Shown piece by piece: positions 42,181 to 54,448 of a stretch of DNA of 64,000 nt. The translations under genes and the position numbers were made by a program. Source of the stretch: Styela clava (taxonomy: Eukaryota); assembly GCF_964204865.1 (NCBI RefSeq), contig NC_135256.1, positions 8,804,001 to 8,868,000 on the forward strand, written 5' to 3'. The notes beneath the pieces are model-generated. The model worked only from the letters and a program-made list of their open reading frames with translations. It did not search any database and was not told the DNA's origin. Numbering within the stretch: position 1 is the stretch's first letter; the number at the start of each line of letters is the position of its first letter.

Positions 42181-44066
42181 GTCTAGATTGAAGTTGTCCA
42201 AAAAATATATGATAGTATTTTATCATGAATGATGATTATACCCCTTCCGGAATTTCTTCTATAGTACTACCAAAAGTTGATGAACCAAATATAACACGGG
42301 TGAAGTGAGTTACCCGTAATCCTCATTTTCCAAAGCTGTTTTAAGTATGTCTGGCGTGTTTTGTGCCTTTTTACAAATAAGACCGAGTATGCAATTTTAC
42401 GCTTTGGAATTTTTAGTTATTTTCCTCAAGCCCTGCAGGATGTGGGGGCCATACACAACTCTACCGGAGGGTCAAATGTCTTTGCATGCCTCCATAGGTT
42501 GTTTTTCTATTGCAGAGTACTCTAATTATATTTCTTGGAATCACACTGTCACTGATATGTCGCCAGACTTTTAATATCTCCCCTTCTGCTATAGTTGTCC
42601 TGTGAATAAATAATAGGAAATTGAGATTAGACGAATAGTTGAAAGTTTTGCTTTATGTCGGCTTAATTTCTTGATTGATATACTTACTACTTCTGCTATT
42701 GCCTCTTGTGCTGCAGGAGTCTCACAATGCTTAGACAGGTTTGTCCACAACTTTCACATCTGAAGAAAGAGAGGAGATTTATTAATTTCCGTTAAGAATA
42801 AATGAAGCAGTCTATATGATTTAGAATGGAAAAGCTAATAAATCCAATATCTCATGTTTCATGTAAAAAATATTTTACTGAATTTTGTATATAAACCAAC
42901 TAATAAAAGGGTTAAGTCAGAAAATTACAAGCATTCGTGGCTCCAAATACTTGAGAGATCAGACTATACAATATAGACCGTTATGAGTGAAATGTTAGGT
43001 GAACTTGTTAACACTTTGATTCAATACGCAAATAAAAGTGAATGCGCAATAGTATGTTACAATGAGCAGCAATCAACAATGAATATATATCCTCACTGAT
43101 TAAAAAAATCTAACTGGAGGTGCATGAACTATTTGAAACCATAAGGGGTAAGTAAATATGTAATTTCCGCAAATGGGCAACTACGTACCGTACTGAATTA
43201 ATAACTTCGTAGTATTTGACAAAGGCTGGCTTTCCCACATGTACTTAACAGTGCGATGCCCGGGTGTGATATACAACAATAGTATTTACCTTACCTTTTT
43301 CCGATTTCTTTTTACCTTAACTTTCCAAAATATCAATAAAATCGACAACAACTGTCGAAGCAGGCACGAACACCATTCGTGCTACGCCTTGAAAGCAGCA
43401 CACATCCGCTCGTTTTCGTCTCGTCAAGTATGTGCATTGGAGCGTGCTATCGAATACGATCTTCGGACAAAAATGCCGGAGTTGCGCATCATGTTGTTTA
43501 ATGTCATTGATTTGACCAAAGAGCAAATTGTGACGTCACCTGTACCAAAACTCACCCCTCAAAAATTTTATTTTACGAATCCGTCAAAGGTTTCGGTATT
43601 GGACGTACAAATCTCAGGTTTAAGTAGAATATTATATGGTATATATGGGTTGAGAGGGCATGTGACGTCATCGTTAATTGTGACGTAATGCTCCACTTTG
43701 GAGATGTCAACTTTTTATATTTAGTAAATTAGGCTTTTAGCTTTTTGACCCACCAAAATTTAGGTTCCCCCTCGAGGGTCACCACGAACTCGATTTTTAA
43801 GCGCTTTACAGATTTCGGCCCATGGCCTACAATAGAAGTGCTTGTTTTGTGTTGCACTGTTTATCTATTTTTGGTACTATTGTGGCCCGCGACCAATGCC
43901 AAAATAATTTTGTGGCCCGCGGAGCCCACAACCTTGGACCACCCTGATTTAAGGTATAAATCTCATATCAGGATATCATGCGATGATAGGAAATGGCCAA
44001 GTATATATATTGACACATAACAGGCTTCATCCACAGGAAGTCGAAAGAGGATTAAGGGTTTGAATA

Positions 44067-44434
44067 CCGTTTTTCTTCGAAAATAAGACAGGGTCTTATT
44101 TCAATTTTCTTCCGAAAAATAACACTAGGGCTTATTTTCGGGGAGATGTCTTATATTTTCATTTATCAAAAACAAAATTACAAAGTGGAAAATTACGAGA
44201 TTTACAAATATACAAAATATTAAAACCGATATCCATTTACTTATAACATGTTTTTATTCAAAATAAATGCAAAACATAGATTATTAATCATTTTAAACGT
44301 GTAGGAGAGATTTCCTGCTATCGACTTGTTCGAAAAAAAATTCGCGTTATTGACTAGGTCTTATTTTAATAGGAGGGATTATATTAAAATCAGTTTTAAA
44401 ATTCAGGCTAGGTCTTCTTTTCGGAGAAACACGG
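44067..44434. mobile_element. Tc1/mariner (pogo/Tigger-like) MITE, same family as 6056-6381
   Basis: TA TSD; TIRs ccgtttttcttcgaaaataagac / gtcttcttttcggagaaacacgg. Confidence 0.8.
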
Positions 44435-45684
44435 TATTACAATCGAATTATTTGATGGTGAAAAAATAAGAGTTCTGATCAACAGATGCTGATATTTTAG
44501 AAAAAGTCACCAATAACGGTGCGATATTCACAGTTCTAAAGTGCTAAAATTGGCAATTGTTTTTGTCAGCTTGCCGTAGTTGTTTGGGCCGTAAACATCG
44601 CGATTATGTTGGTAAATTGTATTTATTTTGTCCGGAACTTTGCGTTCAGTGTGATAAACTCGTTATTAAGCGATCATCGGTGGCGATGGGGTTATGTATA
44701 AATAAATGAGTAATACTCAACTCATTTCCGACTGAAATCAGGAAGTAAGCATACTAAATATAAAAACAAAACAAAAAAGATGCCCGTGACAGATAAAAAC
44801 GCTGTTTTATGCACTGCCCTATCACCAAAATTATATATCAGAAAAACTATAGTCTACCGTGATGATAAACTGTAATGTATCAAATTAAACTGTACTCTAT
44901 GTATCGCAGATGTCTAGATTTTTCTAAGGGTGACAACGAATTCGCAAGATCGCAAAAATACGAATCAAAACTAAATATAATTAGGCATTTAACGAGCTAC
45001 TTTTTGCTATGATAGTCTAACTATCCCTTCTAACGTTGGCAGTCTTCTTTTCTCTCTCTCGTTGAACTTCAAACACATAATATGATACATTGGATGGATT
45101 CCATCGCAATTGACTGAAAGTCGCGAAGAACCAGAGCCCTACTACACGAAGATTTAATACGGTTCAAAATTAAAATGAAAAACAAAGCGCAACGTACACA
45201 AAGAGGAACTTGCTTTATATTGAATGAATCAATTATAATTAAACAAATTCTGTAATTATGATGAAGTATTATTCTCACAGATAGGTTTTGACCAAATCCC
45301 GGCCCCGCCACTATCATTTTCGTGTCGATCGAATCCTGGCGTGCTCGCGATTATTTATTTAACACTGAACCTGTTGAATCATTTTATATTCTACCATTAC
45401 TAATAATATAATTTGGGGGGGGGGGGGGGGGGGGCGGTAACAGACTTCGATGGTCCCAATATGTCGTACCGTTGCCTCCCAGTCATACAGCTAAGCATCT
45501 GTCTATTTATTATTTTCAGTCATTCCACGCGGAAAAATTAAATGTGAATATTAATAACAATAGTCACGGTACGTTGGGAACACTGACATGCATCAGTGTT
45601 TTGAGAAGCAGCTGGTCGTTCAAGCTCAGGCTGTGAAGTCGTGTTGACGGTTTGGTGCTCATTGTATGGGTTTTTAACTTGGAT

Positions 45685-46999
45685 ATGAACTTAAGTCGCA
45701 GCGTTTGGTCGTTAGGAACCAGAGTTTCTAATTTGGGACTAAGCAGTTTTAGCACCTGGACGAGTTCTATAGCCAGAGGATTATGTTCTGTCTTGCAAAA
45801 GCAGCCTTCAAATGAGAGATTTATTGACGGAAACCAACCTAATCTCTTAATTCAAATACTGAGACATAATAAAAGAGGTAATCTATGGTAGTATGGTGAT
45901 TCTAATATACTCACACATAGGTTTGGTTGATTCATTGAGGGTTTTCTCGAATTCCAATTATTTCCATATAAATATGCATATATTTGAGGGGGATTGGAGT
46001 ACCAAACTCTGGCTGATAATATCGCGTTTCATCTTTAGTAATCCCTACTATTTGCTTGCATCTGCAAGTATCCCTGTATCTGACTAATTTGCATGGGTTT
46101 ACAGGTTTGAAATCAGGAGGATAATTACAGAATTATGTGAGTGCAGATCAGTCTGCCACATTGTTGCCTGCAATATGATTAATCATCCTAACCCAGAATA
46201 ATTATGAAATATCCATAAATTTGGTTTCAATTCCCACTGTGTTTCGACTTGAAATGAAGCATTGGGATGATCAGATATAGCAATATTGAAAAATTTACTA
46301 TATCAAATATAACTAAAAATAGTTATGGATCTTATCATCAATTGTGTCTTCAATAGAGAACATACATATACACAGATCAAATATTTTAGAGATTGAATAT
46401 TATGATGCAATGTTTTGTGTAAGATATCAAAAGCTAGTGATTGACTGATTTGAGATTTGATTTGCTCCAAGAACCAACCTCTGCGTTGATGAAACTATTA
46501 GGCTGTACAGCTCAATGACTAAACAAAACAGCTTTGAATCGTACTACTCCAGGTATTATGATAGTGATGTGCAGACCAGCATTGTCATATTTTGAATCTC
46601 AAATTCCAGATAATTATTGATATAATCACTATTTCTGCAGTTCCAAGCGGCAACTTCGCATGGAGGCATAAGATTATTAGGGTTTTCAGAGATTTGGAAA
46701 ATTATTGTTTTTCCTGCTATGGTCTGAATCGCAAATAACAAGAACTGAAATTTGTCACTTAACAGACACAAAATAACAAATTTAAAATGAATCAAGTTGC
46801 GATAGTTTCATAAGTTAAATGGCATTGTGTATTTCTGACTGAGTTTTTATTTCTTTTTCCAGGTATGGACTACCGACCAAACAATCTCAAAAGAATAAAG
46901 CGGCATGGCAGAAAAAAAAGATTGAGCACAACTTCAGGAAAAATTATTTTAATCAGACGAATGATGAAAAACGTTAACCCAAGAGTTTTAACACATTGA
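45685..46999 (+). CDS. MRPL34: Mitochondrial ribosomal protein bL34m, 2 exons (exon 2 is not in the ORF track)
   Basis: Exon 1 45685-45877 (Ser/Arg-rich transit-like peptide ending RHNKR G|gt) and exon 2 46863-46999 GMDYRPNNLKRIKRHGRKKRLSTTSGKIILIRRMMKNVNPRVLTH*. This matches the L34 signature YxPxxxKRxxxHGxxxRLSTxxG. Confidence 0.9.
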
Positions 47000-47136
47000 A
47001 CAATGTTGCTGTCTGAATTTTATCTCAAAACAGCATATCTGGTATAGGCCATTGGTATATAAGCAGGAACAGTGGTTCCTGTTTGTTACATTAGCCAGTG
47101 TATCACTGTCAACGTTTGCTATTAAATTAAATACAT

Positions 47137-47892
47137 TCAATCTTCGTCAGAATCGCTGTCTTCCATTGACTGTTTAGCGAAATCTTCAGCATCTTTTTTT
47201 AACCCGGAGGGTACCATAGAATGTTTTTTCTCTGTGTCCATACCAACCCAGCTCAGTTGAAGATCGAAATCTTTATCTTTCACTTCATCATGGACAATAT
47301 ATATAATTTTTGCTGCCTCTTTCAACGCCTCCTTGCAGGTTATATTTTTAAAATCAATTTTCTCTATCTCTGTTTTCGCTGCTTGTTTTGCTTTTCCAAT
47401 AGCACAGCCATTGTAACCCCAAGACACACCAGAAGGATCTATCATATGTAGTTCTGGTTCGTCCTCATTGAATGATGACATTAGAACACTTGCTCCAAAT
47501 GGTCGATAAGCTCCATATAATGTGTAAAGATGCATGTACATTGCGACTCTGCGAGTAAGGTATTTGAGAGGGATTGGGCCACCAAACTCTGAACGATAGT
47601 AAGCCGCTTCATCTCTAGCAATTTCTACTATTTGTCTTGCATCTGCAAGTAGACCAGCAATCGCCATTCCCACGTGCTTATCGATGTTGAAGATTCTTAG
47701 GTTTGAATCGTCTTCGTGCAATTTAGATATAATTAGTTTTTCAACTGCCATAACCACGCCATCTTTACACTTGATGGCTATTGCAGTGCTGCTGTTTTCC
47801 ACAGCCTTCTGTGCATATTCAACTTGAAAAATCCTGCCATCTGGAGAGAATTGATCAGCACTCAGATCGTATCCCGTTCCAATCGAACTCAT
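47137..47892 (-). CDS. PSMA3: Proteasome subunit alpha type-3 (alpha7), intronless CDS
   Basis: [31 protein letters not shown] start, [14 protein letters not shown] and an acidic tail. The true start is the ATG at 47892. Confidence 0.97.
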   Translation of the reverse strand: MSSIGTGYDLSADQFSPDGRIFQVEYAQKAVENSSTAIAIKCKDGVVMAVEKLIISKLHEDDSNLRIFNIDKHVGMAIAGLLADARQIVEIARDEAAYYRSEFGGPIPLKYLTRRVAMYMHLYTLYGAYRPFGASVLMSSFNEDEPELHMIDPSGVSWGYNGCAIGKAKQAAKTEIEKIDFKNITCKEALKEAAKIIYIVHDEVKDKDFDLQLSWVGMDTEKKHSMVPSGLKKDAEDFAKQSMEDSDSDED

Positions 47893-50065
47893 AGCTAGCA
47901 AGGTATATTAACTGAAATGTGGCACAAATAAATTACACAGGGCAATTACTAATTAGCAATGTCGTACCAAAAACACAGGTAAATTGTGGCTTATTGACTA
48001 CATGATGTAGTCTATATCTAATATTTTACTGCATGTCTGCAGGCCATTGTTTCAATCTAGATAAATCTCTCGATGGGAATTTGGGTAAAAAGGGTCATAT
48101 TTCACTGAATTTACAATTTTGGTGTAAAATAATAGATATCTCCCAAGGACTTGCACGATAAATGCCCTATCTGGTTGAAAAGTCTTCTTGAGGAAGTGAA
48201 TGGAACAAAGGGTTCATTGAAAAATGAGTAATAATAAATGTCTGTTAAAAAGGAGTAATATGTTTAAAATGGAGCAGTCAAGTGGCTCATCTTAAAGCAT
48301 GATAGCCTATGAGGTACCGTAACCTAGTAAGTAAGCCTACTGCTACACTTTGCAGCATGGGGGACTCAAAGTTACTGCTGGAACATAGTAAAAACCACTG
48401 CCTAGTTCTGTAGTACCGGTACCTATATTAACTCGTCTCCATTTCATAATCAGCATAGGCCTAGCAGACTTTTTCAATGTGCGTTGAAACAATTCAAACA
48501 TATAATTGTCCGCGAACCTAACTAGACTATAAATACATGAAATATTACCAATGAAACAAGCATCCAAGTCTCTGTCCATTTTTACCTATATGTCAGAGCA
48601 CCAATTCATTGTTACCGTACGTTATCTATATTGAGCTTTTTATTATATAAATGTTACCGGTAGCCAAGCTGTTGTAAATAACCTTTTTTTTATTAAAGTT
48701 TTAAGCCTCCGACCCAGTATCGGTACCGGTACGTACGGTACCGGTAACCAAGTTTATTTTATTTTTTTAAATTATTTTTGTGGTTATTATCTGTAACTGG
48801 CTTTCTCATAAAAGTAATTGCTCACAAACGTCTGCCTGATCTAGTTGCAGTAAAGTAATTCCATAAGCAAGGTACGAAAATTAACAAACTGCCGAGTCAT
48901 TTTTTTTCTGTCTACGTCACGATACGCTTATGGTTTCAGATTCGGATTATAAGTGTGCTTGCTCCAAAACAGAGGCGACCCATGTCTAAGACAAATTCAA
49001 TAGTTACGAGATGCTAAAGTTTAACGACTTATTCTACTGCTGACACTATTTAATAATTATGTTTACAAAACGTTTTGTTTAGGCCAGCGGTTCCCAAATG
49101 ATGTGCCGTGAGTGTAAAACATAACTAAAATATGATTGAATATCTACATATGGTATTTATTTTAAATGTTTCATTGTTTCTTAAATGCTGAGTATATATC
49201 AATAAAAATATTTTACCTTTATATGCCGTTCACTTTCTTTTACGTATTGTATGTCTCTATTTACTGCAAATTTGTGAGCTGCAGTTCATTTATTTTTGGT
49301 ATTTCAAAGAAAAATCAAGAAGACAGAGATCAGAAAGAAAAGTTAACCTTTTGCTGATCGTAAGAATGGTAGTTCACAATCAACCCCAAATGTAAAATAT
49401 TTTTCAGAATCAAATTCTGAATACGTCGCCATGAATTTCACGGCAGATAATAGAAAATTGTTTAAAAACTGGTTGAATGTGAAAAATGAAGTTACAATCA
49501 CGAACGAAATTTTATAAAACACCAACAATACACGGAAGCACAATATGAGTTCACGGCATCGCTAAAAGCCAAAACATTCAGACACGTTTTTTAGCTCTTT
49601 CCACGTACGCTGGAAGGGTCGGCAACAGTTTGTTGCTCGCAGGGCCAAATTGAATAATACGTGCATTCATGGCTCAATGGAAGCCGTTCATCCAATAATC
49701 GCTAGATCTTTGTCCAAATAAAGTGATATCTCATTTTTTTTTGTTGAGGTTCAATATATTTGCTTATACAATGTTCCCAACATATCTGTACTTATTACAC
49801 TGAATATTACTTAACAATAAATTGAATTATTATTGTACTGTAAGATAACTAAACGATCGCGCAATCGTCTGAGAGTGAGGTATTACCACCCAATTCGTAC
49901 AGTATTAATCCAATTGTTTATACAGCACAAGTCGCAATTGAAATGAAATATTGGACTACCACATTTGGCGGCAAGTTTCATATTTAGGGCAGCAAGACAT
50001 GTACTGCCAATCAAATGCAATGCTATGTTATTAATTTAATTGTTCTTTAAATATGTTTATCTTTC

Positions 50066-50480
50066 GGAGAGAATTAATCGGCACTCAGATCGTATCCTGT
50101 TTCAATCGAACTCATGGCTAGCAGGTTATATTAACTGTAAATGTGGCACAACTGAACATTAAGTTCACACAAGGTAATTACTAATTAGCAATGTCATACC
50201 AAAAACACAAGTAAATTGTGGCGTATCTGCGTGTTGACTACATGATGTAGTCTACATCTAACATTTTACTGCATATCTGCAGTTCAATCTAAATAAATCT
50301 ATTGATGGGAATTGCACGTAAAAAGGGTTATATGCCACTGTAACTGAGTTTACAATTTGGGGGTAAAATAAGAGATATCTCCCAAAGACTTGCATATAAT
50401 ATGCCCTATTACGCTGATTGAAAAGTCTTCTTGGGTAAGTGAATAAAACAAAGCGTTGAATCGAAAATTGGTAATAAATG
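50066..50480 (-). pseudogene. Diverged duplicate of the PSMA3 5' end plus ~350 bp of upstream sequence
   Basis: Collinear with 47843-48240; reads [13 protein letters not shown] (CAA>TAA). Confidence 0.88.
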
Positions 50481-50525
50481 TGCCAAGAACTGTGTAAATT
50501 TTGTTATAAAAATTGCAGAACTCAA

Positions 50526-50610
50526 ATTCAGCTTTAGTTATAAAATGGCTATGTCCTATTTTTGTAGGGACGTAGCCATTTTAGTAGGGACATAGTCATT
50601 TTATAACAAC
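50526..50610. repeat. Short inverted-repeat (hairpin/MITE remnant)
   Basis: gttataaaatggctatgtcc ... ggacatagtcattttataac. Confidence 0.6.
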
Positions 50611-51516
50611 CCGTACTGAGAACTCGTCTGCGTAATTTTGCTATTGCCCATGTAAAACAAGAGAGCTAAGCTCAAATATATGGACACGTCACAAGTCCAC
50701 AAATTTTTTTGAAAAAAGTAAAAGTAATAGCCTTCTGGCGACAAAATCAATCTTTAACGGCATCAATCTTTATTTTCTGGTCTATGACATTTCACCAATC
50801 GATTACGAAATTTTTAATGGAAGGAAATTAATTCATGCCGAAAAATGTTTTCTCAAGAATCTCCATTAATGGATGCTCCCTCGTGTTATAATCAGTATTT
50901 ATTTCATCACCTTAAAGAAAATACACTTTATTCGAACAATCGAAAGAAGACACTTGAATATGGCAAACGATACGTTCAGAGGTTGGTGACACTTGGGCTG
51001 TTGTTAACAGCAGTGTGAACTGAAAAACCTATACAAATAAATTGATAGACTGCTCCATAAACATGCCAAATCATTATTTGGATTCAACGTTCACCAGGTA
51101 TCACTCTCTTGGTAAATTGTTAACGCCACCATTGACATACTGATGCTAGCCAATGCTACGAAAGTATCAAAGTGTGTCGATGCTCGGAGAAACCAATATT
51201 TCAACGCTTATTATGAGAGAGATGGCGCTTACCAACTGCCTCACATGTACAAAATCATCATTTTATTCAATACATTAAATCAAGAGCTAATTTTGAGCTA
51301 GTCTGTCACAGCGTCTGTGATATAAATTCAAGATTAATGCAACTAAACTAAAGGTTCTCGAAAGACATGACGAACTATATGTGGAAACACAACTGAAAAC
51401 TTGAATATCTGTCTGAGCGACCGCGCTAATTGCAATTGTTACGTAATTGCCGATTGGTCGCTGTTAAGAAAATAAACAAGTAAATCGATGCTCGAGGAAA
51501 CATCCATAGCTATACT

Positions 51517-51856
51517 CAGGGTTACCAAATTTTTTTGACTTCAAAGCGGGACGCCTCCAAAGCCACGACCACTTAGCTGTAATCATGTAGCTGTAACTTT
51601 ACTGTTCCTGATTTTACTACATTGGCCTACATTTGAAGCCATCCCAGCTGTCTTCATTGACAATATTGTCATCGAGAGTTCATGTGCAAATATTCGCTGT
51701 CTAAATGTCTGTCTCGGTCTAAAATTGATTTTACATGTGATACGTTCGCTGACAATGTTAGCGGGAAACAACGAAACAAACAAAATAACAAAAATTTGGC
51801 TGACTTGTCGGGACGGTGGGACAAGACGCTAAAAAGCGGGACTTATGGTAAGAACA
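51517..51856. mobile_element. hAT-like MITE
   Basis: cagggttacca...tggtaagaaca ends, gcgggac subterminal repeats and a 7/8 TSD gctatact/gccatact. Confidence 0.55.
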
Positions 51857-54448
51857 GCCATACTGTACAATTTTATTTTTTTATTTCTTTCAAAAAATGA
51901 GGGCATTATTACCATGAAAACTGGTCGTATCGGGGTACACGCCTTTGTAATTTAAAAACGACTTGAAAATGAATAATAGTTGATGGTGAATAGACGACGA
52001 TTTTAAACAGCCGAGATGGTCGCGGATAAAAAATCGAGATTTTAAGGGTCTTGTAAAATAGTGCAGTTCGTCTTAGTTCGACCAGTTTTAGCCAGACCGA
52101 GGGCCCCATTTTCAATTTCGAATCCGGAGCCAGAATATTCATTAACAAATTTGTATTTTCGGTAAATTCGAAGTCGTACGTATATAATTGAGAAGGCACA
52201 TATAAAAGTAAAAATACAGAGCTTTAGTAATTTTCCTGAAAGTTGCGCACTTTTTAAAATAAACCAAGTCATCTGTGAACAGCGCCCTTGCTTGATGATT
52301 AACTTTGGTTCCCCAGTGGCTTTCCTTTCCCAGTAAAATTATTTTATCGTCTTTTATGCGGATTACGGAGTCAAAACAAACTTATATGGAGAGCGGGGAC
52401 TCTGCGTCTACTAGGTTTCTCTCGCAAATTTGAATCGGTACAGACCCAACTTAAAAAAAATCTATTTTTAGCGTCACTTGTACCTTCGTCATTCAATGCG
52501 ATTGAGACTTTATTCCTATTGTGGCCATCAGTCTTCTGCTACGAATAATAATCCTTATATTTATTTACAAAAAATTACATTGCGTTAAACATGGAAACTC
52601 AAAACATAGCAGCCGTGTGCAAAACACGCTTATAATTTCATTGGAAATACAAAAAAATAGTACATAATTCAAATAATAAACTGCAGTGTCGGTAAGGGGA
52701 TAATGGCATCCAAGATATATCATGTTATTTGGAAATTCAGAACAGTTTAGCTTGACTTTAGTTATGAAATAGCTTTGCAGGCAAGTATTCAACAATGACT
52801 CTAGTCAAATATAGCTAAAAACAAATGGCCAATAATGCAATTGAGGCATCATTGCTATCAGCATTCAAACAGACAAAATCACACAAGATTTTGGAGGTGA
52901 CTTCCATTCCATAATGTAATTTACTAAATAGCTCTTGTAATATGGAAACTATCAGTATGTCATAAGTATATATATATCTGTTTGAAAATTGCAGAGTGGA
53001 AGAATATTTTTGTAAATATGTGAAAATTCTTGTATGCAACAAAACAAAACCATACTTATTGGTCAACGAGAAAAAGTGGAGAACCTAATAATTGAATGGA
53101 GCCAATTTCCACTCATTCATATGCTTACTCAGCATACTCCAGTTCACTTGGCAAGGACGAAAAATTTATCATCCAAGATTTGAGGTTCTACAACAAATTG
53201 GCAACAGCAGAGGTCAAGCATACCATCATCTGATAGCATGGATTTGAAGTACAGAATTTAGTGAAATTAGGCATTGTTGGTGCTCAATTAGAATACATAG
53301 TATTAGTCATAATAATATGTGATATGATAAAAACGAAAAGCGTAAAATGGCACCAGACACAAAATTTTCCATTTATTACACAGACCTTGAATATCCATAG
53401 ATTATCATAATCATTTAGTTCAATATGAATACAATTGAGTATTATTTCGAAACTTTGCTGGAAATCATACCAGTCATACATAATTGTTTTTCAAGAAAGA
53501 GCAAAGAGCTGAGGTATAGTCTACTGTAAACATTTTTTCTATTTTTCTAAAGGGAGGAAAAAAAACTCCGTGGTGAAATTCTTTGCACAACAGGCAGTAA
53601 TCTGATTAATAACTACATATATAATAGGAAGCAAGCAAGGCCGAAATAATTAGATTTTTACCCACGCCAAAACAACAACCTCCATGGCTATTTTTTTTTT
53701 CACTTGGTCGAACAAATCATGGATCAGGATTTACCAATACAGGACTATACAAAATAATATCCACATATTCCAGATAGAATAAGTAAATGGCTGGACTTGT
53801 TTCATTATACTTACTACAGATTTTTAGGTGAATTTCGCGCAGCGCGTACATACCAACATGTTAAAACTAAAGTGCAGTGGTATGACTTATGTGAATTGAA
53901 TCAAAACAGTATGTGTATTCTAGCATTAAGTATATTTCGCCCATGGCCTGCATCTGCAAAGCTAAGAATTCAATAAACCAGGAGATCTGACAACACTCGC
54001 TTCAAGTTGTTAACAGTCCAATGTGTGTGATAGTCTCCGAGTTCGAAATTTCTTTCCATTCTCAGTGTTGGATGATATTAAGAGACACCAGAATGATAGG
54101 TGGATAAAATTCTTCTTGTACTGTAAATTTTGTATATAACCCTTATAATACTACCAGCAATGTTTGTCGTGACATGAATATTCCTCTATTAAACTAAGTT
54201 ATTATGGCAAGAATTCATTTTCTTTATATTAAGGATAAAACCTTTCACACCCTCTCTGGTGAAATTCTCAAGGAAGTGTTTGTATGCTAAGTCAGGTAAA
54301 CAACAGAATTGACAATGCAAAAGTTTATCTTCTATAATGCAGATCATCAAGTATTCGTTCTTGAATCTTATGGTGAACAACACTGAACTTTATTTCGTGA
54401 ATCCTATTTTCAATAGGAATTATTCTGATGACAAATTACAGAGAACAA

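Larger units (their letters stand above)
31631..43829 (+). mobile_element. Academ-superfamily (XPG-encoding, AcademX-type) DNA transposon, decayed, 12.2 kb including nested inserts
   Basis: TAG...CTA termini, perfect 17-bp TIR taggccatgggccgaaa with patchy identity out to ~150 bp (aaagttgacatc..caaagtggagca), and a 3-bp TSD caa (31628-31630, 43830-43832). Confidence 0.88.
25316..43946. mobile_element. hAT (Charlie-type) MITE of ~455 bp, split into three pieces by the P and Academ insertions
   Basis: Ends cagagtggtccaa...ttggaccaccctg, tgtggcccgc subterminal repeats at both ends, TSD atttgagg/atttaagg. Remaining pieces are 25316-25469, 31444-31630 and 43833-43946. Confidence 0.8.

Noticed and set aside
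43239-43688. 149-aa ORF near the Academ right end
   Set aside because: No recognisable motif; overlaps GC-richer subterminal/regulatory sequence.
45415-45435. Poly-G run (possible G-quadruplex) upstream of MRPL34
   Set aside because: A homopolymer of uncertain length with no further evidence.
46031-46045. atctttagtaa in the MRPL34 intron is complementary to U5 snRNA loop 1, as in U85-type scaRNA guides
   Set aside because: No adjacent D box (CTGA) or convincing C/D or H/ACA structure; an 11-nt match in AT-rich DNA can be chance.
48715-48748. Palindromic ggtaccggtacgtacggtaccggta, with similar tracts at ~31120 and ~48412
   Set aside because: Short simple-repeat-like palindromes with no supportable function.
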